Source: Bdellovibrionota bacterium
GTDB lineage: Bacteria; Bdellovibrionota_C; UBA2361; JBGSMV01
Reading direction: 5' to 3'
NCBI GenBank assembly: GCA_044356455.1
Contig: JBIKWF010000064.1
Coordinates: 1 to 24,213 of the forward strand
DNA: 24,213 nucleotides
Notes under the pieces: model-generated
Told to the model about the DNA's origin: nothing
Seen by the model: the letters and a program-made list of their open reading frames with translations, nothing else
Database searches by the model: none
Program-made: the position numbers and the translations under genes
Shown: positions 8,835 to 17,610 of the stretch, piece after piece
Layout of the letters: each line of letters begins with the position of its first letter
Numbering within the stretch: position 1 is the stretch's first letter

Positions 8835-8910
8835 AGAGTCTCCGATGGCTTGGATAGAATGTGGATCACACGCAGCGCGCAGCAGCCGTCGGCTCACTTT
8901 CTAATTCTGC

Positions 8911-9963
8911 CTATGGCATCTTATAAAGCCGCGCAAGAGCCTTCATCCAAAGACTCGCACCACAAAAAAATGAACTGCCCGTCAATTTAGAAGATATCCT
9001 AAGAAATGATGCCAGGGCCCCCGAAGAGATCGGACATAGAGGGTTAAGCTCCTGCTTAATTGCTGCAATACAATCAAGAACCGGTTCAGCCGCGGGAAAA
9101 CGCAGGGCTAGCTCCGGATCACAAAAAGGAGCGAGCTGCGAAACAACTTGGGAACGCGACATGTAGGTGAGAGGTCTCCACGGTTCGGGGCGACTGAAAA
9201 GATGCCACGCAACCTCAAAAGCGGTACACATGGGGCGAAGGAGATGTAAGTCATTTACTTCGCCCAAAAAGCGAGCCCTCGCGACGAGCTTTCTTGAAAG
9301 GTGAACGAGCGGTGTAAGTTCCTCTGATGCAAGATTTTGGGCCTCCTCAAGTTCTGCGATTCGAGTTGGGTCGGGAGCTGGTAGGGCCGAAAAAGCCTCA
9401 TCGGGGGAGCGAAAAATCACTGAAGCCCCTGCAAGGCGATGCGCCAAGGCAGTCTTGCCTCGCAAGTGCGCCGTGACGGCCGCTCGCGCAAAGACATCCT
9501 CAAAGAGTTTAAAATCGTCATGAACTAGTTCTGGGACACACTCATCAAAACGCAAATGATCATGGACGCATCTAAAAGTCCCCTCTGGGTCGGAATCAAA
9601 TTTGGAGAGAAGACCTCTTAGCCTTAGCGATGTCTCAGAGCCCCCTTGGGCAAGAGGATAACTGATAAAGGGCTCGTCATGAGTTCCCGTGCGGTGCACC
9701 ACTACTGCGACTCGGCCAAGTCCACGCGACGCAAGAAGAGAAGTTTCATTTTCGCGCAGCATGATGTCGACAAATAGTCTATGCAGCCGCGTACTGAGAT
9801 CTTTGAACTCGAAAAGAGAACCCGGCGCCGAAGTGACCAGGTTGCAAAGTTCATCGCAAGAAAGAGGCGCCTGCCCCTTCGGGATAAGCGGTGCGACCTC
9901 TGCAACTATCTGGAGGCCACTTTTTTGGCCTCCAGGCCAACTGCTCGCGTCTAATGAACCCAT
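8911..9963 (-). CDS. Hypothetical protein
   Basis: 350-aa ORF, largely helical in composition, with no recognised motif and a promoter-like signal directly upstream. Confidence 0.7.
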   Translation of the reverse strand: MGSLDASSWPGGQKSGLQIVAEVAPLIPKGQAPLSCDELCNLVTSAPGSLFEFKDLSTRLHRLFVDIMLRENETSLLASRGLGRVAVVVHRTGTHDEPFISYPLAQGGSETSLRLRGLLSKFDSDPEGTFRCVHDHLRFDECVPELVHDDFKLFEDVFARAAVTAHLRGKTALAHRLAGASVIFRSPDEAFSALPAPDPTRIAELEEAQNLASEELTPLVHLSRKLVARARFLGEVNDLHLLRPMCTAFEVAWHLFSRPEPWRPLTYMSRSQVVSQLAPFCDPELALRFPAAEPVLDCIAAIKQELNPLCPISSGALASFLRISSKLTGSSFFCGASLWMKALARLYKMP

Positions 9964-9970
9964 GGGTGTA

Positions 9971-9998
9971 AAGATACGCCCTCGAGTTAGGTAGTCAA
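9971..9998 (-). promoter_or_regulatory. Putative sigma70 promoter for the ORF starting at 9963
   Basis: The minus strand reads TTGACT-N16-TATCTT-N7-ATG. Confidence 0.5.
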
Positions 9999-10015
9999 TT
10001 TAAGAATATAAGTCC

Positions 10016-10507
10016 TTAGGAAAGGGCCTGCTCAATATCAGAGTCGAGCGATTCCGGGGAGGCCGTGGGCGCATAGCGCGCAAGAACTTGCCCCGAGCGC
10101 CCGACCAGAAACTTGGTAAAATTCCACTTAATCCCCTCGGTTCCAAAGACCCCCTTCTCTTCTGATTTAAGGAGCTTGTAGAGGGGGTGGGTGTTTTCGC
10201 CGTTCACTTCTATTTTTGCAAATAAGGGAAAGGTGACGTCATAGGTAAGGGAACAGAATTTTTTGATTTCAGCCTCGTCGCCTGGCTCTTGGGCCCCGAA
10301 TTGATTGCAGGGGAACCCAAGGACCGAGAAACCCCGATCCTTATATTTGCGATGAAGTGCTTCAAGCCCTTGGTATTGGGGAGTGAAGCCACAGTGACTG
10401 GCCACGTTCACAATGAGAAGGGCACTCCCCGCGTAGGTAGAGAGAGGAATCGAAGCCCCTTCTATAGTTTGAACCTGAACCTCATAGAGGGCATTGGCGT
10501 TATTCAC
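10016..10507 (-). CDS. gpx: Glutathione peroxidase (BtuE/Gpx family, Cys type)
   Basis: Motifs LIVNVASHCGFTPQY, LGFPCNQFGAQEPG and IKWNFTKFLV; RBS GGGAG. Confidence 0.97.
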   Translation of the reverse strand: MNNANALYEVQVQTIEGASIPLSTYAGSALLIVNVASHCGFTPQYQGLEALHRKYKDRGFSVLGFPCNQFGAQEPGDEAEIKKFCSLTYDVTFPLFAKIEVNGENTHPLYKLLKSEEKGVFGTEGIKWNFTKFLVGRSGQVLARYAPTASPESLDSDIEQALS

Positions 10508-10756
10508 AATCGTATCTCCCTTCGATCCCTATTCTCTCTATGGGGTTCCAACGGGCAAATTCGCCCTGAATAGAGAGCTATCGTTTGCTCAGAAGACGAG
10601 GATAGTAAATAAGCTTTAAGGAACGGGCAAGGAACATACGCATGTGCTTAGCGCGCGCCAAAGCGTGGCAAGCCAACCGCTCAAACTAAGGATCCACGGT
10701 AGAATTATTAAGAATAATTCACCACGAAGCCGTCTGAGGCACTCTTATTGCTTTAA

Positions 10757-10967
10757 GGGACCTCTGAAAAACCCCCAAATTGATTTTCCTCTGAGCTGTT
10801 TTTCCTCCGCGTACCCCGCGTCCCCGGCTCCGCCAAAGCTGCGCCGCGGCCGCACTAAAGCCTGGCTCGGCGCAGCCGTAAGGCGTAGACGGCTCTGCGT
10901 TATTCAATAGTCTTCAAGTAACGCGGAGGACGCAGAGTACGCGGAGGGGGAGTTTTTCAGAGGTTCC
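10757..10967. mobile_element. MITE-like element, copy C (best preserved)
   Basis: TIRs GGGACCTCTGAAAAAC and (revcomp) GGAACCTCTGAAAAAC match at 15/16. TTAA lies on both sides (10753-10756 and 10968-10971). The internal 29-bp inverted repeat is interrupted by a 70-bp insert. Confidence 0.85.
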
Positions 10968-10987
10968 TTAATTAAGCCCGCCCGAAT

Positions 10988-11572
10988 TTAAGCCCGCAGA
11001 GTCCGGCAGTAGTCTTCTAGGCTCGTAAGCTTAGGCTCGAGTTCTTTCTCGACGGTTTCCCCAAGCGCCCACCAAGACTGATAGAGCTGCTGCTGACAGA
11101 TGCGTCTGCAGACGTCCGCGATCTCATCCACTTGAGGATTGATATCGTAACGATTGCGATCGCTCGCAGGGACAAGATGCAGCAAAGAATTATACCATTC
11201 AAAGAAAGCCCGTGAGGTATTCACCGCCTGTATAAGGCGCTGGTTACCACCAACGGTATCGCCCCCTTGAAAGGATTTACGTGAGTCGCGGAACATTACG
11301 AACATCTCGCGAACGACATTAGGAGCTTGTTCGATTCGGCTCGCAACAAAATTGGTTGGCGTATCGGTTTCAATCTCAATTATTGCCGTCTCAAACTGAG
11401 AGAGATTAAAGCCCCACTCCTGCTCCTCAAGTTCACGCCCGTTGAGGCGAATTGAGGTAATCATGTGCTCGGGATCAATGTTAGATTTGATAAGCTCGAT
11501 AAGTTCGGCGAGTTTGGAGAGCTGGGTAGTTTGCAGGGCCGACTCAGAACCATTAACGCGAACGGCAACCAT
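10988..11572 (-). CDS. Conserved hypothetical protein of flagellar/glycosylation loci
   Basis: 194 aa with a small beta-grasp-like N-terminus (VRVNG...ITSIRLNG) and a helical C-terminus; AGGA RBS; last gene of the fliS-GT run. Confidence 0.8.
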   Translation of the reverse strand: MVAVRVNGSESALQTTQLSKLAELIELIKSNIDPEHMITSIRLNGRELEEQEWGFNLSQFETAIIEIETDTPTNFVASRIEQAPNVVREMFVMFRDSRKSFQGGDTVGGNQRLIQAVNTSRAFFEWYNSLLHLVPASDRNRYDINPQVDEIADVCRRICQQQLYQSWWALGETVEKELEPKLTSLEDYCRTLRA

Positions 11573-11625
11573 AGAAAATCCTTTCGGTTCAATAACTTAA
11601 CCTAACCTTTCTGAGGCCGGGCATT

Positions 11626-13311
11626 TCATCCACGCAGGGCACAGTTCAATTTATGCCCCCTCCTCTCGAGAGACTGGTACACACTTAACATTTGTGATGC
11701 GAGTCCTAGCGGATCAGTTCCAGAAAGATTCTCTTTGGCAAAGACAAACATACGTGTCAGCGGTCCCAGATGGCTAAAATGGAAGCCTGTCTCCTCAATT
11801 CTCCTATCAAGATCGCTAAGACCTGCATTGATAGCGCCAAGTCCCTTCGTATCGGATCGAGGGTCTCGCACAAACTGCATTAGCTGCTCTATGAGGCGCT
11901 GCCCCTCTTGTGCCTGGGCGATGACCTCTGCAAGGCCCTCTGTCTCGTCCGGGGCAAGTGCTAGCGCAGACCTCGCAAGAGGAGCCGCGCCTGGCGCCGG
12001 AAGAACCTTGTACCCACCAAGGTCGTCAAGCCACACTTTGCGATACGCATCGCGGTAGCGCGTCATGCGGCTCGGAGTGGGCTCGTTGATTGGCTTAAGG
12101 TCACAAAAGCCATAGGCGTCAAAAGATGAGCGGTAGATTACCACCTGTGAAGGATCGGCCAGCTCCCGCGGGACCTCCAAAACCTGCCCTGCCAAACGCC
12201 GCACCGTAAGCTCTGCAATAAGCTCAGGCGACATCGTATCGTGGCACTCAAGACCTGCGCACGGTTTGTTAGGATTGCAAGGCCCACAGCCAATAACTGG
12301 TTGCAGGACGAGATTCCCTTCGCTGTAGGGCCCCGTTTCAAATCCAAAGGCGGAGGCCAGAAACATCGCCACGACGGGCGTGCCCACCGCCACCGACATA
12401 TGCATGGTTCCGGTGTCCCCGGTGACAAGGATATTGCATTCTTTAAGTAGTGCGGCGAGCTGCGGAATTGAAGTTTTCCCCGCCGCTACGAAAACATTCG
12501 GATTCCCTACACCGTCCACAATCGGCTGAAGAATTGAGAGTTCTTTTTTAGTTCCTGTGAGAACCACTCGTGCATTGTGTTTTTCTACAAGCGTCTTCAC
12601 GAGCCTTACAAAAAGCCTGGGGCTCCATTGACGCTTCTCTTGACTCGCGCCCGCTTGCACCGCAATAAGCGGTCCAGTGTTAGTAAAAGCAGCCTCGGCG
12701 AGGAGATTGCGCGCATGATCCCGCGCTTCAGGCTCTACCTTAATAAGAAGCTGCTTAGGATGCTCTTCAACATCAGCTGAACAACGGAACACGTCCACCA
12801 AATTAAGTGAGTTATACTGACGGTTCTGATGAAAAACAGAGGTGGCGAACAACTTAGCCCAATCCGACTCGATGACGCGATATCCTTCATCGTCCGAAGT
12901 CCAGCCGCCGTTTTTTCCAATGCCAATCAGCCGCAAAAGAATCGCCGTGTAGGCGGATGAGGACATATTGAGGCAATAATCAAAGTTCTGCCCGCGGAGG
13001 TCCTTTACAAAATCAGTGACATACTCGAAGGCATCAATGATTCCATCCTGCTCACGTGCTAACGAGCGCACGGTCATTCCAAGATCCAGCGACTTAACCT
13101 GATCTACGTTGGGTATAAAATGGCACACGTCTTCGAACTGTTTTTCGACAAGCACCGTCACCTTACAGTCGGGATTCTCGGCCTTGAGGCCCGCAATAGT
13201 CGGTGTGGCCTGGAGCATGTCGCCAAGGCGCGTAATATTTACCAAGAGCACATTTGACTTGTGCGGGTGGCGCTTCTTAAGACTTCCTGTGTCAGAGCCC
13301 GATGAAAACAT
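11626..13311 (-). CDS. Glycosyltransferase family 9 (heptosyltransferase-like) with a C-terminal helical extension
   Basis: Motifs RLGDMLQATP, QAGASQEKRQW, AGKTSIPQLAALL, VTGDTGTMHMSVAVGTP and CGPC...C. Confidence 0.92.
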   Translation of the reverse strand: MFSSGSDTGSLKKRHPHKSNVLLVNITRLGDMLQATPTIAGLKAENPDCKVTVLVEKQFEDVCHFIPNVDQVKSLDLGMTVRSLAREQDGIIDAFEYVTDFVKDLRGQNFDYCLNMSSSAYTAILLRLIGIGKNGGWTSDDEGYRVIESDWAKLFATSVFHQNRQYNSLNLVDVFRCSADVEEHPKQLLIKVEPEARDHARNLLAEAAFTNTGPLIAVQAGASQEKRQWSPRLFVRLVKTLVEKHNARVVLTGTKKELSILQPIVDGVGNPNVFVAAGKTSIPQLAALLKECNILVTGDTGTMHMSVAVGTPVVAMFLASAFGFETGPYSEGNLVLQPVIGCGPCNPNKPCAGLECHDTMSPELIAELTVRRLAGQVLEVPRELADPSQVVIYRSSFDAYGFCDLKPINEPTPSRMTRYRDAYRKVWLDDLGGYKVLPAPGAAPLARSALALAPDETEGLAEVIAQAQEGQRLIEQLMQFVRDPRSDTKGLGAINAGLSDLDRRIEETGFHFSHLGPLTRMFVFAKENLSGTDPLGLASQMLSVYQSLERRGHKLNCALRG

Positions 13312-13316
13312 AGCTA

Positions 13317-16127
13317 TTATTTTCCTCCGCTCTCTTCTTGACGCATGCGGATAATCTGCTTTCGAACATGGAACAAGAACATGAGTTTCTGTTCCGTCTC
13401 ACTTAACTTACCTTGCCCCGTCACAATATCGCTCACGAGGCCATCGAGAATGGGCTCCTCACCACGCTGGAAAGATTTCTCACAGCGCTGGTGAAGCTCA
13501 GCATGTGGCTTTGCTCGAGAAAGCATGCGGTTCCAGGGGGAACTGTCCATGCGGTTCTTAATTTGCTCGTAGCGGCTGCTATAAATAATCGAGAGCATTT
13601 CCTTAAAGCGCGCGGTGTAGGAGTGATCTCGAAGGACGCGTGCCCGCGAGGCTGCGACGACCTTGGCACGCTCCTCAGGATGCGCAAGATAATACGCAAT
13701 CTTAGCCTTGAGGTCGGCTACGCCTGAGAACGTCACTATCTCTTTGCCCACGTCAAAAGCTTCCGAGAGCAGACTGCGCTCATCCACGAGCTGAAACACT
13801 CCTGAGGCGGCAAGCTCGAACGTGCGGGGATTAAGAAAATCCCCGAAAGGATCTACGCCGTCTCTTTCATTGGAAGAGTGCAGGTTGATATTAATCTCAG
13901 TAGCATTAAAAACCTTCACATACTCTGCCGGAGTGAGGCGCCGCCCTCCTTCTTGCACCATGCGGTCAAACGGCCTACAGGATGGCCACTCAGTCCCCCA
14001 TATCTTAAGGGGCAGGTCTGCAAGTGAAGCAAAAAGCTGCTGACGATTATGGTAACCCGCTCCCATAAAGGAGATAGGAGAGCCCCAGCGCTGCCGCTCC
14101 TCTTCACTAAGCTTAAGGGGCGCATGAATTCCAGGATCGCACCCGACTGGCAAATAGTGCACCTCGCCTGCGCCTGCACTCTTTATCGCCTCGATGCAGC
14201 GCCCGCGCTGAATGGTAAAGACAAAGTCATAGTACTTTGCCATTTCCTTCCAGTAGGTAAAGCGCGTGTAATCCTCGACAAACCAAAGTACGGTGATCAC
14301 TCCTCGCTTGCGTAGCTCAAGCAACGCACGAGGTGTAATAGGCGCAAGCGCCATACAAATCAGTATATCAACCGGTTTTTCACTAATGGACTCTAGAAGA
14401 ACCTGAGAGACCATTTCGCAGTAGGTATTCTCAACTCCCATACGGCGTGGCTTCTCGCGCACAAAGCGCTCGAGATTGTCGTACCCGCCCGCAAACCCTG
14501 ACACGTCATATTCGCGAAAGCGTTGCTCGAGACCAAAGAGCGCTCTGCAGGCATACGCCACCATGGGCAAGGTCCCGCCGCTTAACGGTCCAAGCACGCC
14601 GATATTGGGCTTAAGGAGCGCTAAACCGCGCTTACCATAGAATTCTGCCTTAATGCGGGTGCACGCTTCTGCGGCCACCGCTTGCGTTTGAGGTCGAATG
14701 AAGAGTTCAAACTTTTTGTGCCCCTCGGGGAGCTGTGCGTGAGGTCCTACCTGGAGGGAAGAGATCTTCTCTAACCAGGTACTTGGGTTTCTGCACTCAA
14801 GCGCTGAGCGAAGCACCAAGGGGTCGGGCTCAATCACGTGTACGGGCTTAACGCATCCAGCCGCAAAAAGTGCCTCAAGGTGATAGCCAGCCCCAAGACC
14901 GACTACCACAACTTCTTCGCAATCTTTAAATTTCGACTCTTCAAGAAGTCTCTTTGCCCACTGTGAAGCGGAAGCGAGTGGCTTGGTCGGATGATCCAGA
15001 CATTGTGGCCCTGAAAAAATGACAGGACCTTCCGTTGACTCACGCACTTCAGCTTTCCCGCTAGGGAGCGCGGCAAGCACTCGCTCAGTCTCTGGAAAGC
15101 GTGCGCCGAAAGAGGTACTCACGTGATTCGCTCCTTGAGATGGGCCCGGGTGTTGACCGTTTTTTTGAACTCCGGTCTTCTGAACGCTCGGGTCGACCCT
15201 ATTGCCGCCATCAATTTTCGCAACAATCCTTCCTAGCATGTCCCCCACATCAACCGCAGTCGTGTGAGAAACTCGCTCCGCAAACTCCAACGTCTCTCTC
15301 GCTTTATCGAGATCCCCACGCTCAGCGAGTTCCCGCGCATAATTGACGGTCATCCAGTATTCAAGATCGTTGCCGAGAGTCCCTTCACCTTCGCTTTGCT
15401 CTCCGCCTGGAAGGAGCGCTCGCGCGATACTCGAAGCATCTGCGGGCAGTGCATCGGTACGCCTCAGCGTTGCAACTACTGCCTCAATACCTATCTCTTT
15501 AAAGGAGACTTGAATAGGGAGCACGAGCTCCTCCACAGACTCAAGGCTAAGCCCCGCAAGACGAAGCGCCTCTTCAAGATTTCTGCGCTCGTAACACCTC
15601 AAATGTAAGGTATCCTCTTTGCGTACCGCCTGCTCTGACCCAAGATAGAGCTGCACCCGCGCTACGCCACCAGGGGCCAATACGCGGTGCATTTCGCGCA
15701 GATAGTTCGCCACGATATCGGTAGGAATGCTGCTAATTGCCGCAAAGCTTGCGAGTAAATTCACGGAGGCATCGGGAACCATCGCAAAATCGAAACCATT
15801 TCCCACGTGCAAGTGAAGACCTGGCGCCTCTCCTAAAAGCTCCCGTGCTCTCGCCACGGCCTCAGCCGATACATCAACTCCAATTACTTTACCGAACGCA
15901 CTAAGCGCAGATTTCAGGATGCGACCGACACCACAACCTAGCTCCAAGAAGGTCTGGTCTTTGGACGTGACCAGGTTTTTGGTGAGAATAGCAAAGTCGC
16001 GCGCTCCACTTTCCCACATGGCGCGATCGTCTGCGTACCCATCGCTCATCCAGAAGCGATAGTCGTGCGCGATGCGCCGGTCCCAGTCAGACCGCATTTG
16101 TTCAGCGAGTTTCGTAAGCTCAGACAT
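13317..16127 (-). CDS. Fusion of a class I SAM methyltransferase, a MAF-like Rossmann domain and a CgeB/DUF3880 glycosyltransferase
   Basis: N-terminus LELGCGVGR...GVDVS; middle VVVVGLGAGYHL...VIEPD; C-terminus WFVED, SFMGAGYHNR, ININLHS, NPRTFELAASG and HSYTARF. Start placed at MSELTK (16127); the track start is GTG 16160. Confidence 0.88.
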   Translation of the reverse strand: MSELTKLAEQMRSDWDRRIAHDYRFWMSDGYADDRAMWESGARDFAILTKNLVTSKDQTFLELGCGVGRILKSALSAFGKVIGVDVSAEAVARARELLGEAPGLHLHVGNGFDFAMVPDASVNLLASFAAISSIPTDIVANYLREMHRVLAPGGVARVQLYLGSEQAVRKEDTLHLRCYERRNLEEALRLAGLSLESVEELVLPIQVSFKEIGIEAVVATLRRTDALPADASSIARALLPGGEQSEGEGTLGNDLEYWMTVNYARELAERGDLDKARETLEFAERVSHTTAVDVGDMLGRIVAKIDGGNRVDPSVQKTGVQKNGQHPGPSQGANHVSTSFGARFPETERVLAALPSGKAEVRESTEGPVIFSGPQCLDHPTKPLASASQWAKRLLEESKFKDCEEVVVVGLGAGYHLEALFAAGCVKPVHVIEPDPLVLRSALECRNPSTWLEKISSLQVGPHAQLPEGHKKFELFIRPQTQAVAAEACTRIKAEFYGKRGLALLKPNIGVLGPLSGGTLPMVAYACRALFGLEQRFREYDVSGFAGGYDNLERFVREKPRRMGVENTYCEMVSQVLLESISEKPVDILICMALAPITPRALLELRKRGVITVLWFVEDYTRFTYWKEMAKYYDFVFTIQRGRCIEAIKSAGAGEVHYLPVGCDPGIHAPLKLSEEERQRWGSPISFMGAGYHNRQQLFASLADLPLKIWGTEWPSCRPFDRMVQEGGRRLTPAEYVKVFNATEININLHSSNERDGVDPFGDFLNPRTFELAASGVFQLVDERSLLSEAFDVGKEIVTFSGVADLKAKIAYYLAHPEERAKVVAASRARVLRDHSYTARFKEMLSIIYSSRYEQIKNRMDSSPWNRMLSRAKPHAELHQRCEKSFQRGEEPILDGLVSDIVTGQGKLSETEQKLMFLFHVRKQIIRMRQEESGGK

Positions 16128-16265
16128 GAAGCAGCACCTATTCCGGAGATAGTTCCCCACTCATATGATGCCAAGCAGGCTAGTATTGGATGCAGACGCT
16201 TTTTCTTGGGGAGAACTTGCGCAACTTATTGAAATTAAAGAGAGGGGTCAGCCACTCGCCAAGGG

Positions 16266-16832
16266 CTACGCAGCCCTGGAATCAGGCTGGGCATAAAACC
16301 AAATGTCACTGGCTAGTGGCGTGCAGAAGCCTGAAATTCCCTTCTCGCGGGCGAATTCGTCTACTGCGGCTCTCACACCCTCCCAGTTGTAATCATGTCC
16401 CGCGACAAGTCCACCAGCACGCACCTTTGGCGCCCAGGCGCGAATATCATCGCGTACCGCCTCATATGTGTGCAGAGCGTCAATAAAGACAAAATCAAGA
16501 CTTCTATCGGGAATGCGCGAGGCTGCGTTTAAGGAGAAATCTTTGAGAATCATCACTCGCTCACGATATACTCCAAGTCTCTCGCGTGCGATTTTCTCAA
16601 AATCACTCATTTTATCTGCAGTTCGAATTGGCTCGTACTGGTCATACGCCACCCAGGGATCCACGCATACCATCTGAAGTGTGGGGAATTCTTCAAGCAG
16701 GTGACAGGAGGTATCCCCTGAAAGAACGCCGATCTCCGCCCCAAATCCAAGCTCCAAAACGCGGCCCTGCTTGAGAAGGTTTCTCAGCACGTTGTAGTTC
16801 ATTGACCCAACGGTGGTTTCTTGAAATGGCAT
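16266..16832 (-). CDS. Class I SAM-dependent methyltransferase (Methyltransf_24 type)
   Basis: Motifs GAEIGV, VDPW, DFVFIDALHTYEAV and GGLVAGHDY; AGGAG RBS. Confidence 0.92.
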   Translation of the reverse strand: MPFQETTVGSMNYNVLRNLLKQGRVLELGFGAEIGVLSGDTSCHLLEEFPTLQMVCVDPWVAYDQYEPIRTADKMSDFEKIARERLGVYRERVMILKDFSLNAASRIPDRSLDFVFIDALHTYEAVRDDIRAWAPKVRAGGLVAGHDYNWEGVRAAVDEFAREKGISGFCTPLASDIWFYAQPDSRAA

Positions 16833-16943
16833 GAAGTCGTCTCCTTCTTTGAGCTAAGATGACGGCGGCCGAAAAATCGGCGCAGTCCTCAAGAAGGATC
16901 GCGAGGTCGCTCGTAAAAAACACGCTGTTTTGACGATGTGCGA

Positions 16944-17411
16944 TTACAATGAGATCTGAACCCGGCGAACGGCATCCTCAAGAGCATCCTTCTGCTCAGT
17001 CGTAGCTTCTTTCGCATCGGAGGAAGGCAAATCCTTGCGCTCAATAATCACCTTGTACGCTTTGTACACCACATCAAGAAGATCAATGACCTTCTGGACA
17101 CGTTTGGTATCGCGATAGAGATTTGCTTCGGTGAGATAGAACAACATGAAATCATAAAGACGATCGAGGTCGCGAGCGATTTGTCCGCCCTTCTCGAAAT
17201 CGAGAGTATTCATGAGCTCGGCGATAATCGCTTGGGCTTTGCTAAGAAAGCGGCAGAACTTGCCAATGTCGTTCCCTTCAAGACCAGCTTTGGACTGCTT
17301 GAGGAATTTGAGCGCTCCCTCGTACATCATGAGGAGCAAACGACCGCGATCGGTCGTGGTTACTTGGACTGTCTGGTACTGGGCGTGGGCATTTTTCCCG
17401 TACATGGGCAT
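16944..17411 (-). CDS. fliS: Flagellar export chaperone FliS
   Basis: QYQTVQVTT...LLLMMYEGALKFL...KAQAIIAELMNTLDFEKGGQIARDLDRLYDFM...LTEAN. Confidence 0.96.
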   Translation of the reverse strand: MPMYGKNAHAQYQTVQVTTTDRGRLLLMMYEGALKFLKQSKAGLEGNDIGKFCRFLSKAQAIIAELMNTLDFEKGGQIARDLDRLYDFMLFYLTEANLYRDTKRVQKVIDLLDVVYKAYKVIIERKDLPSSDAKEATTEQKDALEDAVRRVQISL

Positions 17412-17540
17412 CCTCTTGACTTAATCTCTCCGGGGTCCACCGCATCTTCGTTTCTTGGTGCGATGCTGTGTTCCCGCTTGAGAGCAACCTCCGCTAAGCT
17501 TCTGTGCCTAAGGACCGACCACTTCCCCAAGCAAATATAG

Positions 17541-17568
17541 CTATCGGAGAGCAGGCTTCGGCTCTTGA
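17541..17568 (-). promoter_or_regulatory. Putative sigma28 (FliA) promoter upstream of fliS
   Basis: The minus strand reads TCAAG-N15-TCCGATAG, close to the TAAA-N15/16-GCCGATAA consensus. Confidence 0.5.
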
Positions 17569-17610
17569 GTGGAAAATTTAGCATTGTGCTATCAGGCACT
17601 TACGGACCAA

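Noticed and set aside
8835..8897. N-terminal extension of the DUF2000 ORF
   Set aside because: A better start exists at ATG 8834 with a GGAG RBS, and family similarity begins after it.
10016..10507. Selenocysteine in the glutathione peroxidase
   Set aside because: The active-site codon is Cys (ASHCG) and there is no in-frame TGA.
10644..10910. 88-aa (+) and 62-aa (-) ORFs
   Set aside because: They overlap MITE copy C and its nested module, with no protein-like features.
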